DNA of 64,000 nt, taken from the NCBI RefSeq assembly GCF_054482525.1, contig NZ_CM137006.1, one strand, 5' to 3'. The notes under the pieces were generated by a model. The model did no database searches. It saw nothing but the letters and a program-made list of their open reading frames with translations, and was not told the DNA's origin. Position numbers and translations under genes: made by a program. Shown one piece after another: positions 28,821 to 40,788 of this stretch (within the stretch, counting starts at the first letter, position 1; every line of letters starts with the position of its first letter).

Positions 28821-28853
28821 TGGCAATAACATAAATTCTGCAAAAATAATTTT

Positions 28854-28880
28854 CCCCTATCGTTATCTATGGGATAGGGG
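28854..28880. terminator. hairpin between convergent ytfJ and ytfI
   Basis: cccctatc/gatagggg stem with AT-rich flanks. Confidence 0.45.
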
Positions 28881-28909
28881 AATTAAGCCTCTGAGTTCTT
28901 ACGCCGAAC

Positions 28910-29821
28910 TCATACTGGTAACGCTAGTTGCTTTTTTTTAAACGCCTCAATGGTCGATTTATATTTCTCGCAAATCTTTTCTTCGGTAATATCACTATCT
29001 GCGGCCAGATTCGCACTTACTATCGCATCCACTTGTTCGGCTAATTCGACTTGTTGGCAACCTGCATTAACCAGAAAATTATAAATAAGAGAGTAGTCTT
29101 CATCCTCCAAAACAACAGAGGAACCATTACGAAAACGTTCATCCCCTCCATAGATTTTAAGCGCAAAGCCCAAAGATTCTATGACTATGGCAAAATTATC
29201 ATCAATTATTTTTTCGTAAATATACCATCCATCGCATTCTTTAATTCCACCTCCTGGAATTTGGAGGTCAAATTTACCCCGTTTTAATTTACTTACTATA
29301 TCATCCAATACAGCATAACCTAAAGACACGTCACCAAACGCCTGGCGAATATAACCTTTAATCCTTTCCGGTATGTCAGACTGTTTTTTCTGCAGAATAT
29401 CCCAGGCATACAATCTTCTGTTTTGTTCTAACGGAAACTCGCGGTTTTTGAAATCCATGAATGAGTTATACTCATTTATTGTTATGGGAATTTCTTCGTA
29501 TTCAAATCCACTGCCTCGCAATGTCATTATATATTCGGCACCGTTATCTTTAAGGCTGAAACTGATAAGAAACTTATCCATGGTGTTAACAGTTTCATTT
29601 TTTGATGAAAGTACCTGATAACTATTTTTATCAATCTGAGTTGCGCAACGAAAGAACTCCCTCAAAGTTAACAGGCTATCATAATTTGAAATCCAATCTT
29701 TTTTATTAAATGCATGCTGGATATTGTTAAAAAAATTGTTTGAATGTGTTTTTGTATGCGATGATTTTACGAATAACTCCACCGCACCAATAAAATTATT
29801 GTGTCTGATCCTGGGTAACAT
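28910..29821 (-). CDS. ytfI: hypothetical protein, AT-rich
   Basis: 303-aa ORF at the K-12 ytfI position; markedly lower GC than neighbours; no recognisable domain. Confidence 0.7.
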   Translation of the reverse strand: MLPRIRHNNFIGAVELFVKSSHTKTHSNNFFNNIQHAFNKKDWISNYDSLLTLREFFRCATQIDKNSYQVLSSKNETVNTMDKFLISFSLKDNGAEYIMTLRGSGFEYEEIPITINEYNSFMDFKNREFPLEQNRRLYAWDILQKKQSDIPERIKGYIRQAFGDVSLGYAVLDDIVSKLKRGKFDLQIPGGGIKECDGWYIYEKIIDDNFAIVIESLGFALKIYGGDERFRNGSSVVLEDEDYSLIYNFLVNAGCQQVELAEQVDAIVSANLAADSDITEEKICEKYKSTIEAFKKKQLALPV

Positions 29822-30032
29822 ATGGCTACCTTATTTTATTTGGTTATTTTATGTCGCCATTAAATATCTCATTATAGAAGTAAACTATCAAAAAACGCTC
29901 ATTATTAAAATGTAACTTATTAGCAATTGAATTTTTGCACTTTAAATACAATCTCTTTTTATTTATAACTTTTTAGGTTGGGAGAAATCAGGATGGCAGA
30001 ATCAGGAAATACACTGTTTCTGCCATCTGAAT

Positions 30033-30773
30033 TTAGTAAATAGACACTCTGAATCCCGGATTTAGGAACGACTCGCGCGGAGTGTAATCCAGCGGTTTAC
30101 CCTGCCAGTCGTGAACGTGCGCTCCGGCAGCTGCAGCCACAGCATGACCAGCGGCGGTGTCCCAAATATTCGTTGGTCCGAAGCGCGGGTACAGCTGCGC
30201 CTGTCCTTCCGCCACCAGGCAGAATTTCAGCGAAGAGCCGATGGACGTGGTCTGATGTTCGCCAAGCTGTTGCAGATACTCTTTCAGCTCCGCATCTGCA
30301 TGGGAACGGCTGATAACCACCAGCGGCGGGCGCGCATCGCGGACCTGAATCTGCTTGCGCACACCGCACTCTTCTTTCCAGGCTTTGCCTTCTGCCGCGC
30401 TGTACATTACGTTCATTACCGGCGCATACACCACACCTAAAATCGGTTTGCCGTGGTCGATGAGCGCAATGTTAACGGTAAATTCGCCATTACGTTTAAT
30501 AAACTCTTTAGTACCATCCAGCGGGTCTACCAGCCAGTAACGCTGCCAGTGCTGACGGACTTCCCAACCGGGAGGATCTTCTTCAGAAAGGACCGGAATA
30601 TCCGGTGTCAGCGTACGTAAACCGTCCATGATAACGGTGTGAGCGGCAATATCCGCTGCCGTTACCGGAGAATTGTCCGCTTTGCTGACGACGTCCATCG
30701 GTTTCGTCCCGTCGTAGACCTGCATAATGGCATCGCCTGCATTCCGTGCAAGCTGGCATACTTGATCTAACAT
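30033..30773 (-). CDS. cysQ: 3'(2'),5'-bisphosphate nucleotidase
   Basis: 246 aa; inositol monophosphatase-family motifs. Confidence 0.95.
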   Translation of the reverse strand: MLDQVCQLARNAGDAIMQVYDGTKPMDVVSKADNSPVTAADIAAHTVIMDGLRTLTPDIPVLSEEDPPGWEVRQHWQRYWLVDPLDGTKEFIKRNGEFTVNIALIDHGKPILGVVYAPVMNVMYSAAEGKAWKEECGVRKQIQVRDARPPLVVISRSHADAELKEYLQQLGEHQTTSIGSSLKFCLVAEGQAQLYPRFGPTNIWDTAAGHAVAAAAGAHVHDWQGKPLDYTPRESFLNPGFRVSIY

Positions 30774-30962
30774 TTCTCCACCTCGTCTCTGTGAGCGGTG
30801 TTAACTTATTGTTTTACTTATACCCTATCGTTAATGAATGCGCCAACTGTGATAGTGTCATCATTTTCAAAGCGTAAAATTGTGGCATTCTTCACTGTTC
30901 TATAAGTAAGACGTTTATTCTCCCTTTTCTTTCGTATTCCCGATGATAAAAGGATGTCCCTG

Positions 30963-32906
30963 ATGATTAAGTTTAGCGCAACGCTCCTGGCCACGCTGAT
31001 TGCCGCCAGTGTGAATGCAGCGACGGTCGATCTGCGTATCATGGAAACCACTGATCTGCATAGCAACATGATGGATTTCGATTATTACAAAGACACCGCC
31101 ACGGAAAAATTCGGACTGGTACGTACCGCAAGTCTGATTAACGATGCCCGCAATGAAGTGAAAAACAGCGTACTGGTCGATAACGGCGATTTGATTCAGG
31201 GGAGTCCGCTTGCAGATTACATGTCGGCGAAAGGTTTAAAAGCAGGCGATATTCATCCGGTCTATAAGGCATTAAATACGCTGGACTATACCGTCGGCAC
31301 GCTTGGCAACCACGAGTTTAACTACGGTCTGGATTATCTGAAAAATGCGCTGGCGGGAGCGAAATTCCCTTATGTAAATGCCAACGTCATTGACGCCAGA
31401 ACCAAACAGCCAATGTTTACACCGTATTTAATTAAAGACACCGAAGTGGTCGATAAAGACGGAAAAAAACAGACGCTGAAGATTGGCTATATTGGCGTCG
31501 TCCCGCCACAAATCATGGGCTGGGATAAAGCTAATTTATCCGGGAAAGTGACGGTGAATGATATTACCGAAACCGTGCGCAAATACGTGCCTGAAATGCG
31601 CGAGAAAGGTGCCGATGTCGTTGTCGTTCTGGCGCATTCTGGTCTGTCTGCCGATCCGTATAAAGTGATGGCGGAAAACTCAGTTTATTACCTCAGTGAA
31701 ATTCCGGGTGTTAACGCCATTATGTTTGGTCATGCTCACGCCGTTTTCCCGGGTAAATATTTTGCTGATATCGAAGGGGCTGATATCGCCAAAGGCACGC
31801 TGAATGGTGTTCCGGCGGTAATGCCAGGCATGTGGGGCGATCATCTTGGTGTGGTCGACTTACAACTCAGTAATGACAGCGGTAAATGGCAGGTGACGCA
31901 GGCGAAAGCGGAAGCACGGCCGATTTACGACATCGCGAATAAAAAATCCCTCGCGGCGGAAGACAGCAAGCTGGTAGAAACACTCAAAGCCGATCACGAT
32001 GCCACACGCCAGTTCGTCAGCAAGCCAATCGGTAAATCTGCCGACAATATGTATAGCTATCTGGCGCTTGTGCAGGACGATCCGACCGTGCAGGTGGTGA
32101 ACAACGCGCAAAAAGCGTATGTCGAGCATTACATTCAGGGCGATCCGGATCTGGCGAAACTGCCGGTGCTTTCAGCTGCCGCACCGTTTAAAGTTGGTGG
32201 TCGCAAAAATGACCCGGCAAGCTATGTGGAGGTGGAAAAAGGTCAGCTGACTTTCCGTAATGCCGCCGATCTTTATCTCTATCCCAATACGCTGATTGTG
32301 GTGAAAGCCAGCGGTAAAGAGGTGAAAGAGTGGCTGGAGTGCTCCGCCGGACAGTTTAACCAGATTGATCCTAACAGCACGAAACCACAGTCACTCATCA
32401 ACTGGGATGGTTTCCGCACTTATAACTTTGATGTTATTGATGGTGTGAATTATCAGATTGATGTTACCCAACCCGCCCGCTATGACGGTGAATGTCAGGT
32501 GGTTAATGCCAATGCAGAGCGGATTAAGAACCTGACCTTTAACGGTAAGCCCATTGATCCGAACGCCATGTTCCTCGTTGCCACCAATAACTATCGCGCT
32601 TACGGCGGCAAATTTGCCGGTACGGGCGACAGCCATATCGCTTTTGCTTCACCGGATGAGAACCGCTCGGTGCTGGCAGCGTGGATTGCTGATGAGTCGA
32701 AACGTGCGGGGGAAATTCACCCGGCGGCAGATAACAACTGGCGTTTAGCACCAATAGCTGGCGATAAGAAACTGGATATCCGTTTCGAAACCTCTCCATC
32801 AGATAAAGCCGCGGCGTTTATTAAAGAGAAAGGGCAATATCCGATGAATAAAGTCGCGACCGATGATATCGGGTTTGCGATTTATCAGGTGGATTTGAGT
32901 AAGTAA
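30963..32906 (+). CDS. cpdB: 2',3'-cyclic-nucleotide 2'-phosphodiesterase / 3'-nucleotidase
   Basis: 647 aa from ATG at 30963; signal peptide; metallophosphoesterase motifs (GNHEFN). Confidence 0.95.
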   Translation: MIKFSATLLATLIAASVNAATVDLRIMETTDLHSNMMDFDYYKDTATEKFGLVRTASLINDARNEVKNSVLVDNGDLIQGSPLADYMSAKGLKAGDIHPVYKALNTLDYTVGTLGNHEFNYGLDYLKNALAGAKFPYVNANVIDARTKQPMFTPYLIKDTEVVDKDGKKQTLKIGYIGVVPPQIMGWDKANLSGKVTVNDITETVRKYVPEMREKGADVVVVLAHSGLSADPYKVMAENSVYYLSEIPGVNAIMFGHAHAVFPGKYFADIEGADIAKGTLNGVPAVMPGMWGDHLGVVDLQLSNDSGKWQVTQAKAEARPIYDIANKKSLAAEDSKLVETLKADHDATRQFVSKPIGKSADNMYSYLALVQDDPTVQVVNNAQKAYVEHYIQGDPDLAKLPVLSAAAPFKVGGRKNDPASYVEVEKGQLTFRNAADLYLYPNTLIVVKASGKEVKEWLECSAGQFNQIDPNSTKPQSLINWDGFRTYNFDVIDGVNYQIDVTQPARYDGECQVVNANAERIKNLTFNGKPIDPNAMFLVATNNYRAYGGKFAGTGDSHIAFASPDENRSVLAAWIADESKRAGEIHPAADNNWRLAPIAGDKKLDIRFETSPSDKAAAFIKEKGQYPMNKVATDDIGFAIYQVDLSK

Positions 32907-32921
32907 TACACTTCTTTTTCG

Positions 32922-33022
32922 GCCTGCAAATCATCAACCGCATCCGGCATTTATTGGCGGATGCGATGCTGGCGCATCTTATCCGTCCTACAAGTCATAC
33001 ACCGTAGGCCGCGCATCCTGCA
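32922..33022. repeat. REP-like palindromic units after cpdB
   Basis: gcatccggcatttattggcggatgcg ... ccgtaggccgcgcatcc. Confidence 0.5.
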
Positions 33023-33023
33023 G

Positions 33024-33404
33024 TTACGCCGCACGTTCATCCCGCACCGCCAACACCTCGGGCAAATTCAACTCAATCCAGTCCGCCAGTGCAGCAACCT
33101 TTTCGCTCACCTGCTCGCCCAGCGGCGTGAGGCTATATTCCACATGCGGCGGCACCACCGGATACGCGATACGGTTAAGAAAACCATCCTGCTCTAGCGC
33201 CTGTAACGACTGCGCAAGCATCTTTTCACTCACCCCGCCGATTTTGCGCCGCAGGTCGCTAAAGCGATGAGTACCTTCGCGTAGCGCCACCAGAATCAAC
33301 ACCCCCCAACGGCTGGTGACGTGTTTCAACACCTCGCGCGACGGGCACTGTTCCGCAAAGAGATTACCCTCTTTCAGTTGTTGCGACAGGCTAACCTGAC
33401 TCAT
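33024..33404 (-). CDS. ytfH: HxlR-family transcriptional regulator
   Basis: 126 aa from internal Met; divergent from qorB. Confidence 0.85.
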   Translation of the reverse strand: MSQVSLSQQLKEGNLFAEQCPSREVLKHVTSRWGVLILVALREGTHRFSDLRRKIGGVSEKMLAQSLQALEQDGFLNRIAYPVVPPHVEYSLTPLGEQVSEKVAALADWIELNLPEVLAVRDERAA

Positions 33405-33492
33405 TTCATACTTACCTTTTTGTGCGTACTTACTAAAAGTAAGTTTAGGTGTTAGCGTATTTAAACACAAGACAAAACGATGGAGACTTCCC

Positions 33493-34353
33493 ATGATCGC
33501 TATTACTGGTGCCACTGGCCAACTTGGTCATTATGTTATTAACTCCTTACTGAAAACAGTTCCTGCCAGCCAAATAGTGGCTATCGCTCGTAATCCGGCA
33601 AAAGCCCAGGCACTGACAGCACAAGGCATTACCGTGCGTCAGGCTGACTACGGCGATGAAGCCGCACTGACATCTGCACTTCAGGGAGTGGAAAAACTAC
33701 TGCTGATCTCTTCCAGCGAAGTGGGTCAACGTGCCCCGCAGCATCGTAATGTTATTAATGCCGCAAAGGCGGCTGGTGTGAAATTTATCGCTTATACCAG
33801 TCTGCTTCACGCGGATAAATCTCCGCTCGGCCTCGCCGATGAGCACATTGAGACGGAGAAAATGTTGGCTGATTCTGGCATCGTTTACACCCTGCTGCGC
33901 AACGGCTGGTACAGCGAAAACTACCTCGCCAGCGCCCCGGCAGCACTGGAACACGGCGTATTTATCGGTGCGGCGGGCGATGGCAAAATCGCCTCAGCAA
34001 CGCGGGCAGATTATGCGGCAGCTGCGGCACGCGTGATTAGCGAAGCCGGTCACGAAGGCAAGGTTTACGAACTGGCGGGCGATAGTGCCTGGACGTTGAC
34101 ACAGTTAGCGGCGGAGCTGACCAAACAGAGCGGCAAACAGGTTACCTATCAAAATCTGAGTGAAGCTGATTTCGCCGCGGCACTGAAAAGCGTCGGACTG
34201 CCTGACGGACTGGCGGATATGCTGGCGGATTCTGACGTTGGCGCATCGAAAGGCGGTCTGTTTGATGACAGCAAAACGCTGAGCAAATTGATTGGCCGCC
34301 CAACGACAACGTTAGCCGAAAGCGTAAGCAATCTTTTTAATGTTAATAAGTAG
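33493..34353 (+). CDS. qorB: NAD(P)H:quinone oxidoreductase (NmrA-like)
   Basis: 286 aa; N-terminal GATGQLG Rossmann motif. Confidence 0.9.
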   Translation: MIAITGATGQLGHYVINSLLKTVPASQIVAIARNPAKAQALTAQGITVRQADYGDEAALTSALQGVEKLLLISSSEVGQRAPQHRNVINAAKAAGVKFIAYTSLLHADKSPLGLADEHIETEKMLADSGIVYTLLRNGWYSENYLASAPAALEHGVFIGAAGDGKIASATRADYAAAAARVISEAGHEGKVYELAGDSAWTLTQLAAELTKQSGKQVTYQNLSEADFAAALKSVGLPDGLADMLADSDVGASKGGLFDDSKTLSKLIGRPTTTLAESVSNLFNVNK

Positions 34354-34452
34354 TTAATTAAAGTGGCATCCTCCCGCATCCTCTCTGATAATGACGGGAT
34401 GCCGGGAGCAATCATGTCTTCTTCCTGAACGTTTCTTCTGACAGATCAATGG

Positions 34453-35427
34453 ATGCCAGTAATGATTAGCGGCGTGCTGTACGCCCTGTTAGCAGGGTTG
34501 ATGTGGGGGCTTATTTTTGTCGGGCCGTTGATCGTACCGGAATACCCGGCGATGTTGCAGTCGATGGGGCGTTATCTGGCGTTAGGGTTAATTGCGCTGC
34601 CCATTGCCTGGCTGGGACGCGTGCGTCTGCGTCAGTTGGCGCGTCGCGACTGGCTTACCGCCTTGATGCTCACTATGATGGGCAACCTCATCTATTACTT
34701 CTGCCTTGCCAGTGCCATTCAACGTACTGGTGCGCCTGTTTCCACGATGATTATCGGCACCCTGCCGGTGGTGATTCCCGTTTTTGCCAATCTGCTTTAT
34801 AGCCAGCGCGACGGCAAACTCGCGTGGGGAAAACTCGCCCCGGCACTGGTTTGTATTGGCATCGGCCTGGCGTGTGTGAATATTGCTGAGTTAAACCACG
34901 GACTCCCCGATTTTGACTGGGCACGTTATACCTCTGGCATCGTGCTGGCGTTAGTTTCCGTGGTCTGCTGGGCATGGTATGCCCTGCGCAACGCCCGCTG
35001 GCTGCGGGAAAATCCCGACAAACATCCGATGATGTGGGCGACGGCGCAGGCGCTGGTCACGCTGCCGGTTTCGCTTATCGGCTATCTCGTCGCTTGTTAC
35101 TGGCTGAATACGCAAACGCCGGACTTCTCCCTACCTTTTGGCCCCCGTCCGCTTGTATTTGTTAGCCTGATGATTGCGATAGCTGTGCTTTGCTCATGGG
35201 TCGGCGCACTTTGCTGGAACGTCGCCAGCCAGCGATTACCAACGGTGATTCTCGGGCCACTGATTGTCTTCGAAACGCTGGCAGGTTTGCTGTACACCTT
35301 TTTGTTACGCCAGCAAATGCCGCCACTAATGACGCTGAGCGGTATCGCACTGTTAGTGGTTGGCGTGGTCATTGCGGTCAGAGCAAAACCAGAAAAACCT
35401 TTAACTGAATCTGTCTCAGAAAGTTGA
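34453..35427 (+). CDS. ytfF: DMT-superfamily inner membrane protein
   Basis: Polytopic membrane ORF at conserved position; exact start uncertain. Confidence 0.85.
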   Translation: MPVMISGVLYALLAGLMWGLIFVGPLIVPEYPAMLQSMGRYLALGLIALPIAWLGRVRLRQLARRDWLTALMLTMMGNLIYYFCLASAIQRTGAPVSTMIIGTLPVVIPVFANLLYSQRDGKLAWGKLAPALVCIGIGLACVNIAELNHGLPDFDWARYTSGIVLALVSVVCWAWYALRNARWLRENPDKHPMMWATAQALVTLPVSLIGYLVACYWLNTQTPDFSLPFGPRPLVFVSLMIAIAVLCSWVGALCWNVASQRLPTVILGPLIVFETLAGLLYTFLLRQQMPPLMTLSGIALLVVGVVIAVRAKPEKPLTESVSES

Positions 35428-35534
35428 CACGCTGGCAGTGAGTTAAATAAGCCTCTGCTACGTAAGGGTTATAGCTTTTGCCTTAAAGGTGCATTTAAAA
35501 TGCATCTTATCTTATTAAGAATGAGGTATCAGCT

Positions 35535-36197
35535 ATGGCTTATCGCGACCAACCTTTAGGTGAACTGGCGCTCTCTATTCCTCGCGCTTCGGCTCTGTTT
35601 CGTAAATATGATATGGATTACTGCTGCGGCGGTAAGCAAACGCTGGCGCGTGCGGCGGCACGTAAAGAACTGGATGTTGAGGTCATTGAAGCTGAGCTGG
35701 CAAAGCTTGCTGAACAACCGATTGAGAAAGACTGGCGTAGCGCCCCGCTGGCAGAAATCATCGACCATATCATCGTGCGCTACCACGATCGTCACCGCGA
35801 GCAACTGCCGGAGCTGATCCTGCAAGCGACTAAAGTCGAACGCGTTCACGCCGACAAACCGAGCGTTCCAAAAGGGCTGACAAAATACCTGACTATGCTG
35901 CATGAAGAGCTTTCCAGCCACATGATGAAAGAAGAGCAGATCCTCTTCCCGATGATCAAACAAGGCATGGGCAGCCAGGCAATGGGGCCAATCAGCGTAA
36001 TGGAAAGCGAGCACGATGAAGCGGGTGAACTGCTGGAAGTAATCAAACACACTACCAATAACGTCACACCGCCGCCGGAAGCCTGCACCACCTGGAAAGC
36101 GATGTATAACGGCATTAATGAACTGATTGATGACCTGATGGAGCACATCAGTCTGGAAAACAATGTGCTGTTTCCGCGCGCACTGGCGGGTGAGTGA
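35535..36197 (+). CDS. ytfE: iron-sulfur cluster repair di-iron protein
   Basis: 220 aa; hemerythrin-like repeats. Confidence 0.95.
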   Translation: MAYRDQPLGELALSIPRASALFRKYDMDYCCGGKQTLARAAARKELDVEVIEAELAKLAEQPIEKDWRSAPLAEIIDHIIVRYHDRHREQLPELILQATKVERVHADKPSVPKGLTKYLTMLHEELSSHMMKEEQILFPMIKQGMGSQAMGPISVMESEHDEAGELLEVIKHTTNNVTPPPEACTTWKAMYNGINELIDDLMEHISLENNVLFPRALAGE

Positions 36198-36241
36198 TCT
36201 AAAAGCTGGATGGCATTGCGCCATCCAGCATGATAATGCGG

Positions 36242-37654
36242 TTATTTCCGCAGTTCAGCAGCCCGCTTCTTACCAATAAACAACCAGCCCAGCCCCAGAG
36301 CGATAAACCACAGCGGGGTAACCAGCAGCGCCTGGCGGGTATCATCTTCCAGTGTCAGCAGCACGACCACGAACACAAAGAATGCCATACATACCCAGCA
36401 CATCAGCTTGCCGAGCGGCATCTTGTAGATTGATTTCTCATGCAGGTGCGGACGCTGTTTGCGATACACCAGGTACGAGCAAAGGATAATCGTCCAGACG
36501 AACATAAACAGAATCGCGGAAACGGTTGTAATCATCGTGAACGCGCCAATCACGCTGGGATTCACATACAACATCACCACGCCGCCGAGCAGACAGATAC
36601 AAGAGAAGGTCAGCCCTTTCGCGGGTACTGCGCGCTTAGAGAGTTTAGCGAACGCTTTCGGTGCCACACCTTCCTGCGCCAGACCAAACAGCATACGACT
36701 GGTAGAGAAGACGCCGCTGTTAGCGGAAGAAGCGGCAGAGGTCAGCACCACAAAGTTAATCACGCTGGCAGCCGCAGGCAAACCTACCAACACAAACAGC
36801 TCAACGAACGGGCTTTTCTCCGGGACTACCGAACTCCACGGCGTCACGGACATAATCACAATCAGCGCGAAGACGTAGAACATAATGATACGGATCGGAA
36901 TGGAGTTAATCGCGCGTGGCAGTGATTTCTCAGGGTCTTTGGTTTCCGCAGCTGTTGTACCTACCAGCTCAATCCCTACGAAAGCGAAAACCGCTATCTG
37001 GAATCCGGCAAAGAAGCCACTTAAACCTTTCGGGAACCAGCCGCCGTCATTCCACAAATGCGCGAATGACGCTTCCACACCGGTCGGTGACTGAAAGTGC
37101 ATCGCCACCATGACCAGGCCGACGACAATCAGCGACACAATGGCGACAATTTTGATCATCGCAAACCAAAACTCCATCTCACCGAACATTTTCACGGTGG
37201 CGAGGTTGAGCGTCAGCAGCAGCACTATCACCGCCAGCGAGGCGACCCAGTCGGAGAGATCGGGGAACCAGAACTGAGCATAAGCCGTGATCGCCACCAC
37301 GTCTGCCATACCGGTTACAACCCAGCAGAACCAGTAAGTCCAGCCAGTGAAATATCCTGCCCACGGCCCGAGTAAATCGGAAGCGAAGTCACTAAAAGAT
37401 TTGTATTCCAGATTCGAAAGCAGCAATTCCCCCATTGCCCGCATCACGAAAAAGAGCATAAAACCAATGATCATATAAACGAAAATGATCGACGGCCCGG
37501 CAAGGCTAATCGTTTTGCCGGACCCCATAAACAACCCTGTACCAATGGCACCGCCAATGGCAATAAGCTGAATATGTCGGTTTGTGAGATTGCGCCGTAG
37601 CGACTGTTCAGCCGGAGCCTGATCATCGGCAACGACTTTTACCTGATCTACCAT
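36242..37654 (-). CDS. cycA: D-serine/D-alanine/glycine transporter (APC family)
   Basis: 470 aa; recognised CycA. Confidence 0.95.
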   Translation of the reverse strand: MVDQVKVVADDQAPAEQSLRRNLTNRHIQLIAIGGAIGTGLFMGSGKTISLAGPSIIFVYMIIGFMLFFVMRAMGELLLSNLEYKSFSDFASDLLGPWAGYFTGWTYWFCWVVTGMADVVAITAYAQFWFPDLSDWVASLAVIVLLLTLNLATVKMFGEMEFWFAMIKIVAIVSLIVVGLVMVAMHFQSPTGVEASFAHLWNDGGWFPKGLSGFFAGFQIAVFAFVGIELVGTTAAETKDPEKSLPRAINSIPIRIIMFYVFALIVIMSVTPWSSVVPEKSPFVELFVLVGLPAAASVINFVVLTSAASSANSGVFSTSRMLFGLAQEGVAPKAFAKLSKRAVPAKGLTFSCICLLGGVVMLYVNPSVIGAFTMITTVSAILFMFVWTIILCSYLVYRKQRPHLHEKSIYKMPLGKLMCWVCMAFFVFVVVLLTLEDDTRQALLVTPLWFIALGLGWLFIGKKRAAELRK

Positions 37655-37961
37655 GTTTTTTCTTCCTGTACCTGTCTGTGTTGTTCAGGCTCTACGGCCT
37701 TTAGTCAGTCTATGATACGACGAATCTGTATCGGGACTCATCGATATTAGGTAACAATACGCGGGATGAATACTAAGATTTAGATCTAATGTTAATTTTA
37801 TGTTTAAAGTGAGTGTCATATCACGGTGATAACGCGAAACAGCTCACAAAAATACACGCTTACGCGGTCTTTGCAACACAAAATAGCGCCGTTTGGCAAA
37901 CTGAAGGGTTTATTGCTGAATGCCTGCTCCCCTCTGGTTCGAGGGGAACAGAATGCGCTGC

Positions 37962-38582
37962 TTAGAGGATTTCCAGCAGTTCGACTTCAAACACCAGGGT
38001 GCTGAACGGAGGGATGGATGCGCCTGCGCCGCGCTCGCCATATGCCAGTTCCTGCGGGATAGTCAGTTCCCATTTAGAACCTACCGGCATCAGAGTCAGT
38101 GCTTCAATCCAGCCAGGGATCACTCCATTAACCGGGAATTCAGCTGGCTCGCCGCGAGCAACGGAGCTGTCAAACACGGTGCCGTCGATCAGTTTTCCGG
38201 TGTAATGAACACGAACGCGGTCGGTTCGTGCCGGAATTGCGCCTTCACCTTGGTTGATCACGCGGAATTGCAGGCCAGATTCGGTGCTATTCACACCTTC
38301 TTTTTTGGCGTTTTCTTCCAGGTATTTCACACCTTCAGCAGCCATCGCCTGGAAACGCTGACGACGAACGGCATCGGCGCGTTCGTGGATTTCACGCAGC
38401 GCGCGGTGCACCACATCAACCGGAACAGCCGGATGTTTGCCTTCCAGCGCATCAGCAATGCCTGCAACCAGTGCTTCTGGCAGCAGCCCTTCCAGGCCAG
38501 ATTCACTCAGTTGTTGCCCTACCTGCAAACCAATGCCGTAGCTTGCTTGCGCTTCGATGGTGTCAAAAGTTGGGGTGGTCAT
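37962..38582 (-). CDS. fklB: FKBP-type peptidyl-prolyl cis-trans isomerase
   Basis: 206 aa from internal ATG of the longer ORF-track frame. Confidence 0.95.
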
Positions 38583-38799
38583 CGTATTTCCTTTCTTAGG
38601 GTATAAAGTAGCGGGCAGCATATCAGCCACACTTCTTTGGGTAAAACTTTGTCGCGGGAATGATGACAAATCACGGGGAAAAAGAAACAATAGCAATATC
38701 CCGTATGAATATAATAAAGGCGGGTTTACCACGGACATCATAGCGTTAGCATATTCATAGGCTATGATTGAGGAACAAGACGCGGAGCAGGAGGAAACC

Positions 38800-39438
38800 A
38801 TGCCCGGGCGCTTTGAACTAAAACCAACCCTGGAGAAAGTCTGGCACGCGCCGGACAATTTTCGCTTCATGGACCCGCTGCCGCCGATGCATCGTCGGGG
38901 GATCATTATTGCCGCCATTGTATTGGTGGTCGGATTTCTGCTTCCATCTGATGATACGCCCAACGCGCCGGTGGTGACGCGTGAAGCGCAGTTAGATATT
39001 CAGTCGCAATCACAACCGCCGACAGAAGAACAGCTGCGGGCGCAATTAGTCACACCACAAAATGATCCTGATCAGGTGGCTCCGGTCGCTCCAGAACCTA
39101 TACAGGAAGGCCAGCCAGAAGAGCAGCCGCAAACCACCCAAACGCAACCATTCCAGCCAGATAGCGGAATTGATAATCAATGGCGCTCCTATCGTGTCGA
39201 ACCCGGTAAAACGATGGCGCAGCTGTTCCGCGACCACGGACTGCCCGCTACCGATGTCTATGCAATGGCGCAGGTTGAAGGCGCGGGTAAGCCGCTGAGT
39301 AATTTGCAAAACGGGCAGATGGTGAAAATCCGCCAGAACGCCAGCGGCGTGGTGACGGGCTTAACCATTGATACGGGGAATAATCAACAGGTCTTGTTTA
39401 CCCGCCAGCCGGATGGCAGTTTTATTCGTGCGCGGTAG
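38800..39438 (+). CDS. ytfB: OapA-domain cell-division protein with Pro/Gln-rich linker
   Basis: 212 aa from ATG at 38800. Confidence 0.85.
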
Positions 39439-39538
39439 ATGAAGGGTCAACCAAAAGCCAGCTAAGGAGCGTCTCTTTGATGACCTTACGTCTGGCTTCC
39501 AGTGCCTGGGGGGAAACCATACTGATATGTTGACATCC

Positions 39539-39558
39539 TCCACGCCCTGAAGGACGTG
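39539..39558. repeat. sub-terminal hairpin CCACGCCCTGAAGGACGTGG (TnpB-proximal end)
   Basis: Perfect hairpin read from sequence; matches the hairpin at the other end except two stem bases. Confidence 0.55.
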
Positions 39559-39572
39559 GATCCCTGCTACGT

Positions 39573-40781
39573 TCAGGCTGTCGCCTGAATCATTTCGGTG
39601 GGTTCCTGCTTCAACGAGCGGCCTGACTGCACCATCTCTCCACAGGCAAGAACGGCGTGTCCCGCCGCTAAAATGTTACGAGCGCCGTTTACATCGGCGT
39701 TCGCTGTATATCCACATACCTGGCATCTGAATTTACTTTGTGACAGGCGATTTTCTTTCGCTGTATGACCACAGCACGCGCAACGCTGGCTTGTGTACGC
39801 TGGCGGAACAGCAAGCACCTGACCGCCACTCCAGAGCTGCTTGTACTCAAGCTGGCGGCGCATTTCATACCAGCCCTGATCCAGTATCGAACGGTTTAAA
39901 CCTGATTTTGCCCGGACATTGCGCCCCGGCTGGCTGACCGTACCCGCTGCTGACTTTGACATGTTGCTGACCTTCAAATCCTCAATGACTATCATTGCGT
40001 GGTTTTTGCTGACGGTCGTTGTGACTTTGTGAAGGTAGTCCCTGCGGATATTTGCGATACAGGAATGCAGTCGCTGTATTTTGCGTTTCTGCTTCTGCCA
40101 GTTGTTGCTGAATTTGACCTTGCGGCTTAACTGTCGCTGAAGTCTCGCCAGCGTCTTCTGGTTTTTCTGAAAACTGTTTACAGGCTCAAAGACTGTGCCA
40201 TCTGACAGCGTGGCGAGTTTAGCCACGCCAGCATCCAGCCCGACCATTGATGCTGAAGGGTGAACCGGAGTTGATACTTCACTTTCTGTCTGAATACTGA
40301 TGTACCACTTACCGCAGGACTGGCTGACCGTGACATTTTTCACAACACCCGTGACCTGACGGCTATTCCGGTAGCGCATCCAGCCCAGTTTCGGCAGAAA
40401 AATACGGCTGTTTTCCTGATCGAGCTTAACGCCCTGCGGGTAGCGGAATGCATCATTCTGTCCCCGCTTTTTGAATCGGGGAAAAGCAGCCCGCTTCTGG
40501 AAGAAGTTTTTGTAAGCCCGCTCAAGGTCTTTCAGTGATTGTTGCAATGGCTGTGAGGGCGAATCTTTAAGCCATTGCGTTTCAGTGGCGTTTTTCCACT
40601 CAACCAGCCAGGAAGCCATTTTCCCGTAAGGGATGTATTTATTACCGGCCTTATGATTCTCATTCTGAAGCGCCAGAGCACGATTGAAAACGAAACGACA
40701 TGCGCCTGCGAAGCGCCTCATTTCACACTCCTGTTGACCACCTGGTCTTAACTGGAATTTAAATGCCTGTAATCGTTTCAC
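39573..40781 (-). CDS. tnpB: TnpB (IS200/IS605 OrfB; RuvC-like RNA-guided nuclease family)
   Basis: 402 aa; GLDAGV (RuvC-I Asp), VIEDL (RuvC-II Glu), CxxC...CxxC zinc finger, DVNGARNI (RuvC-III Asp). Confidence 0.85.
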   Translation of the reverse strand: MKRLQAFKFQLRPGGQQECEMRRFAGACRFVFNRALALQNENHKAGNKYIPYGKMASWLVEWKNATETQWLKDSPSQPLQQSLKDLERAYKNFFQKRAAFPRFKKRGQNDAFRYPQGVKLDQENSRIFLPKLGWMRYRNSRQVTGVVKNVTVSQSCGKWYISIQTESEVSTPVHPSASMVGLDAGVAKLATLSDGTVFEPVNSFQKNQKTLARLQRQLSRKVKFSNNWQKQKRKIQRLHSCIANIRRDYLHKVTTTVSKNHAMIVIEDLKVSNMSKSAAGTVSQPGRNVRAKSGLNRSILDQGWYEMRRQLEYKQLWSGGQVLAVPPAYTSQRCACCGHTAKENRLSQSKFRCQVCGYTANADVNGARNILAAGHAVLACGEMVQSGRSLKQEPTEMIQATA

Positions 40782-40788
40782 AGGTCAA

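Noticed and set aside
37945-37970. cccctc/gagggg hairpin downstream of fklB
   Set aside because: No T-run on either strand; cannot be supported as a terminator from sequence alone.
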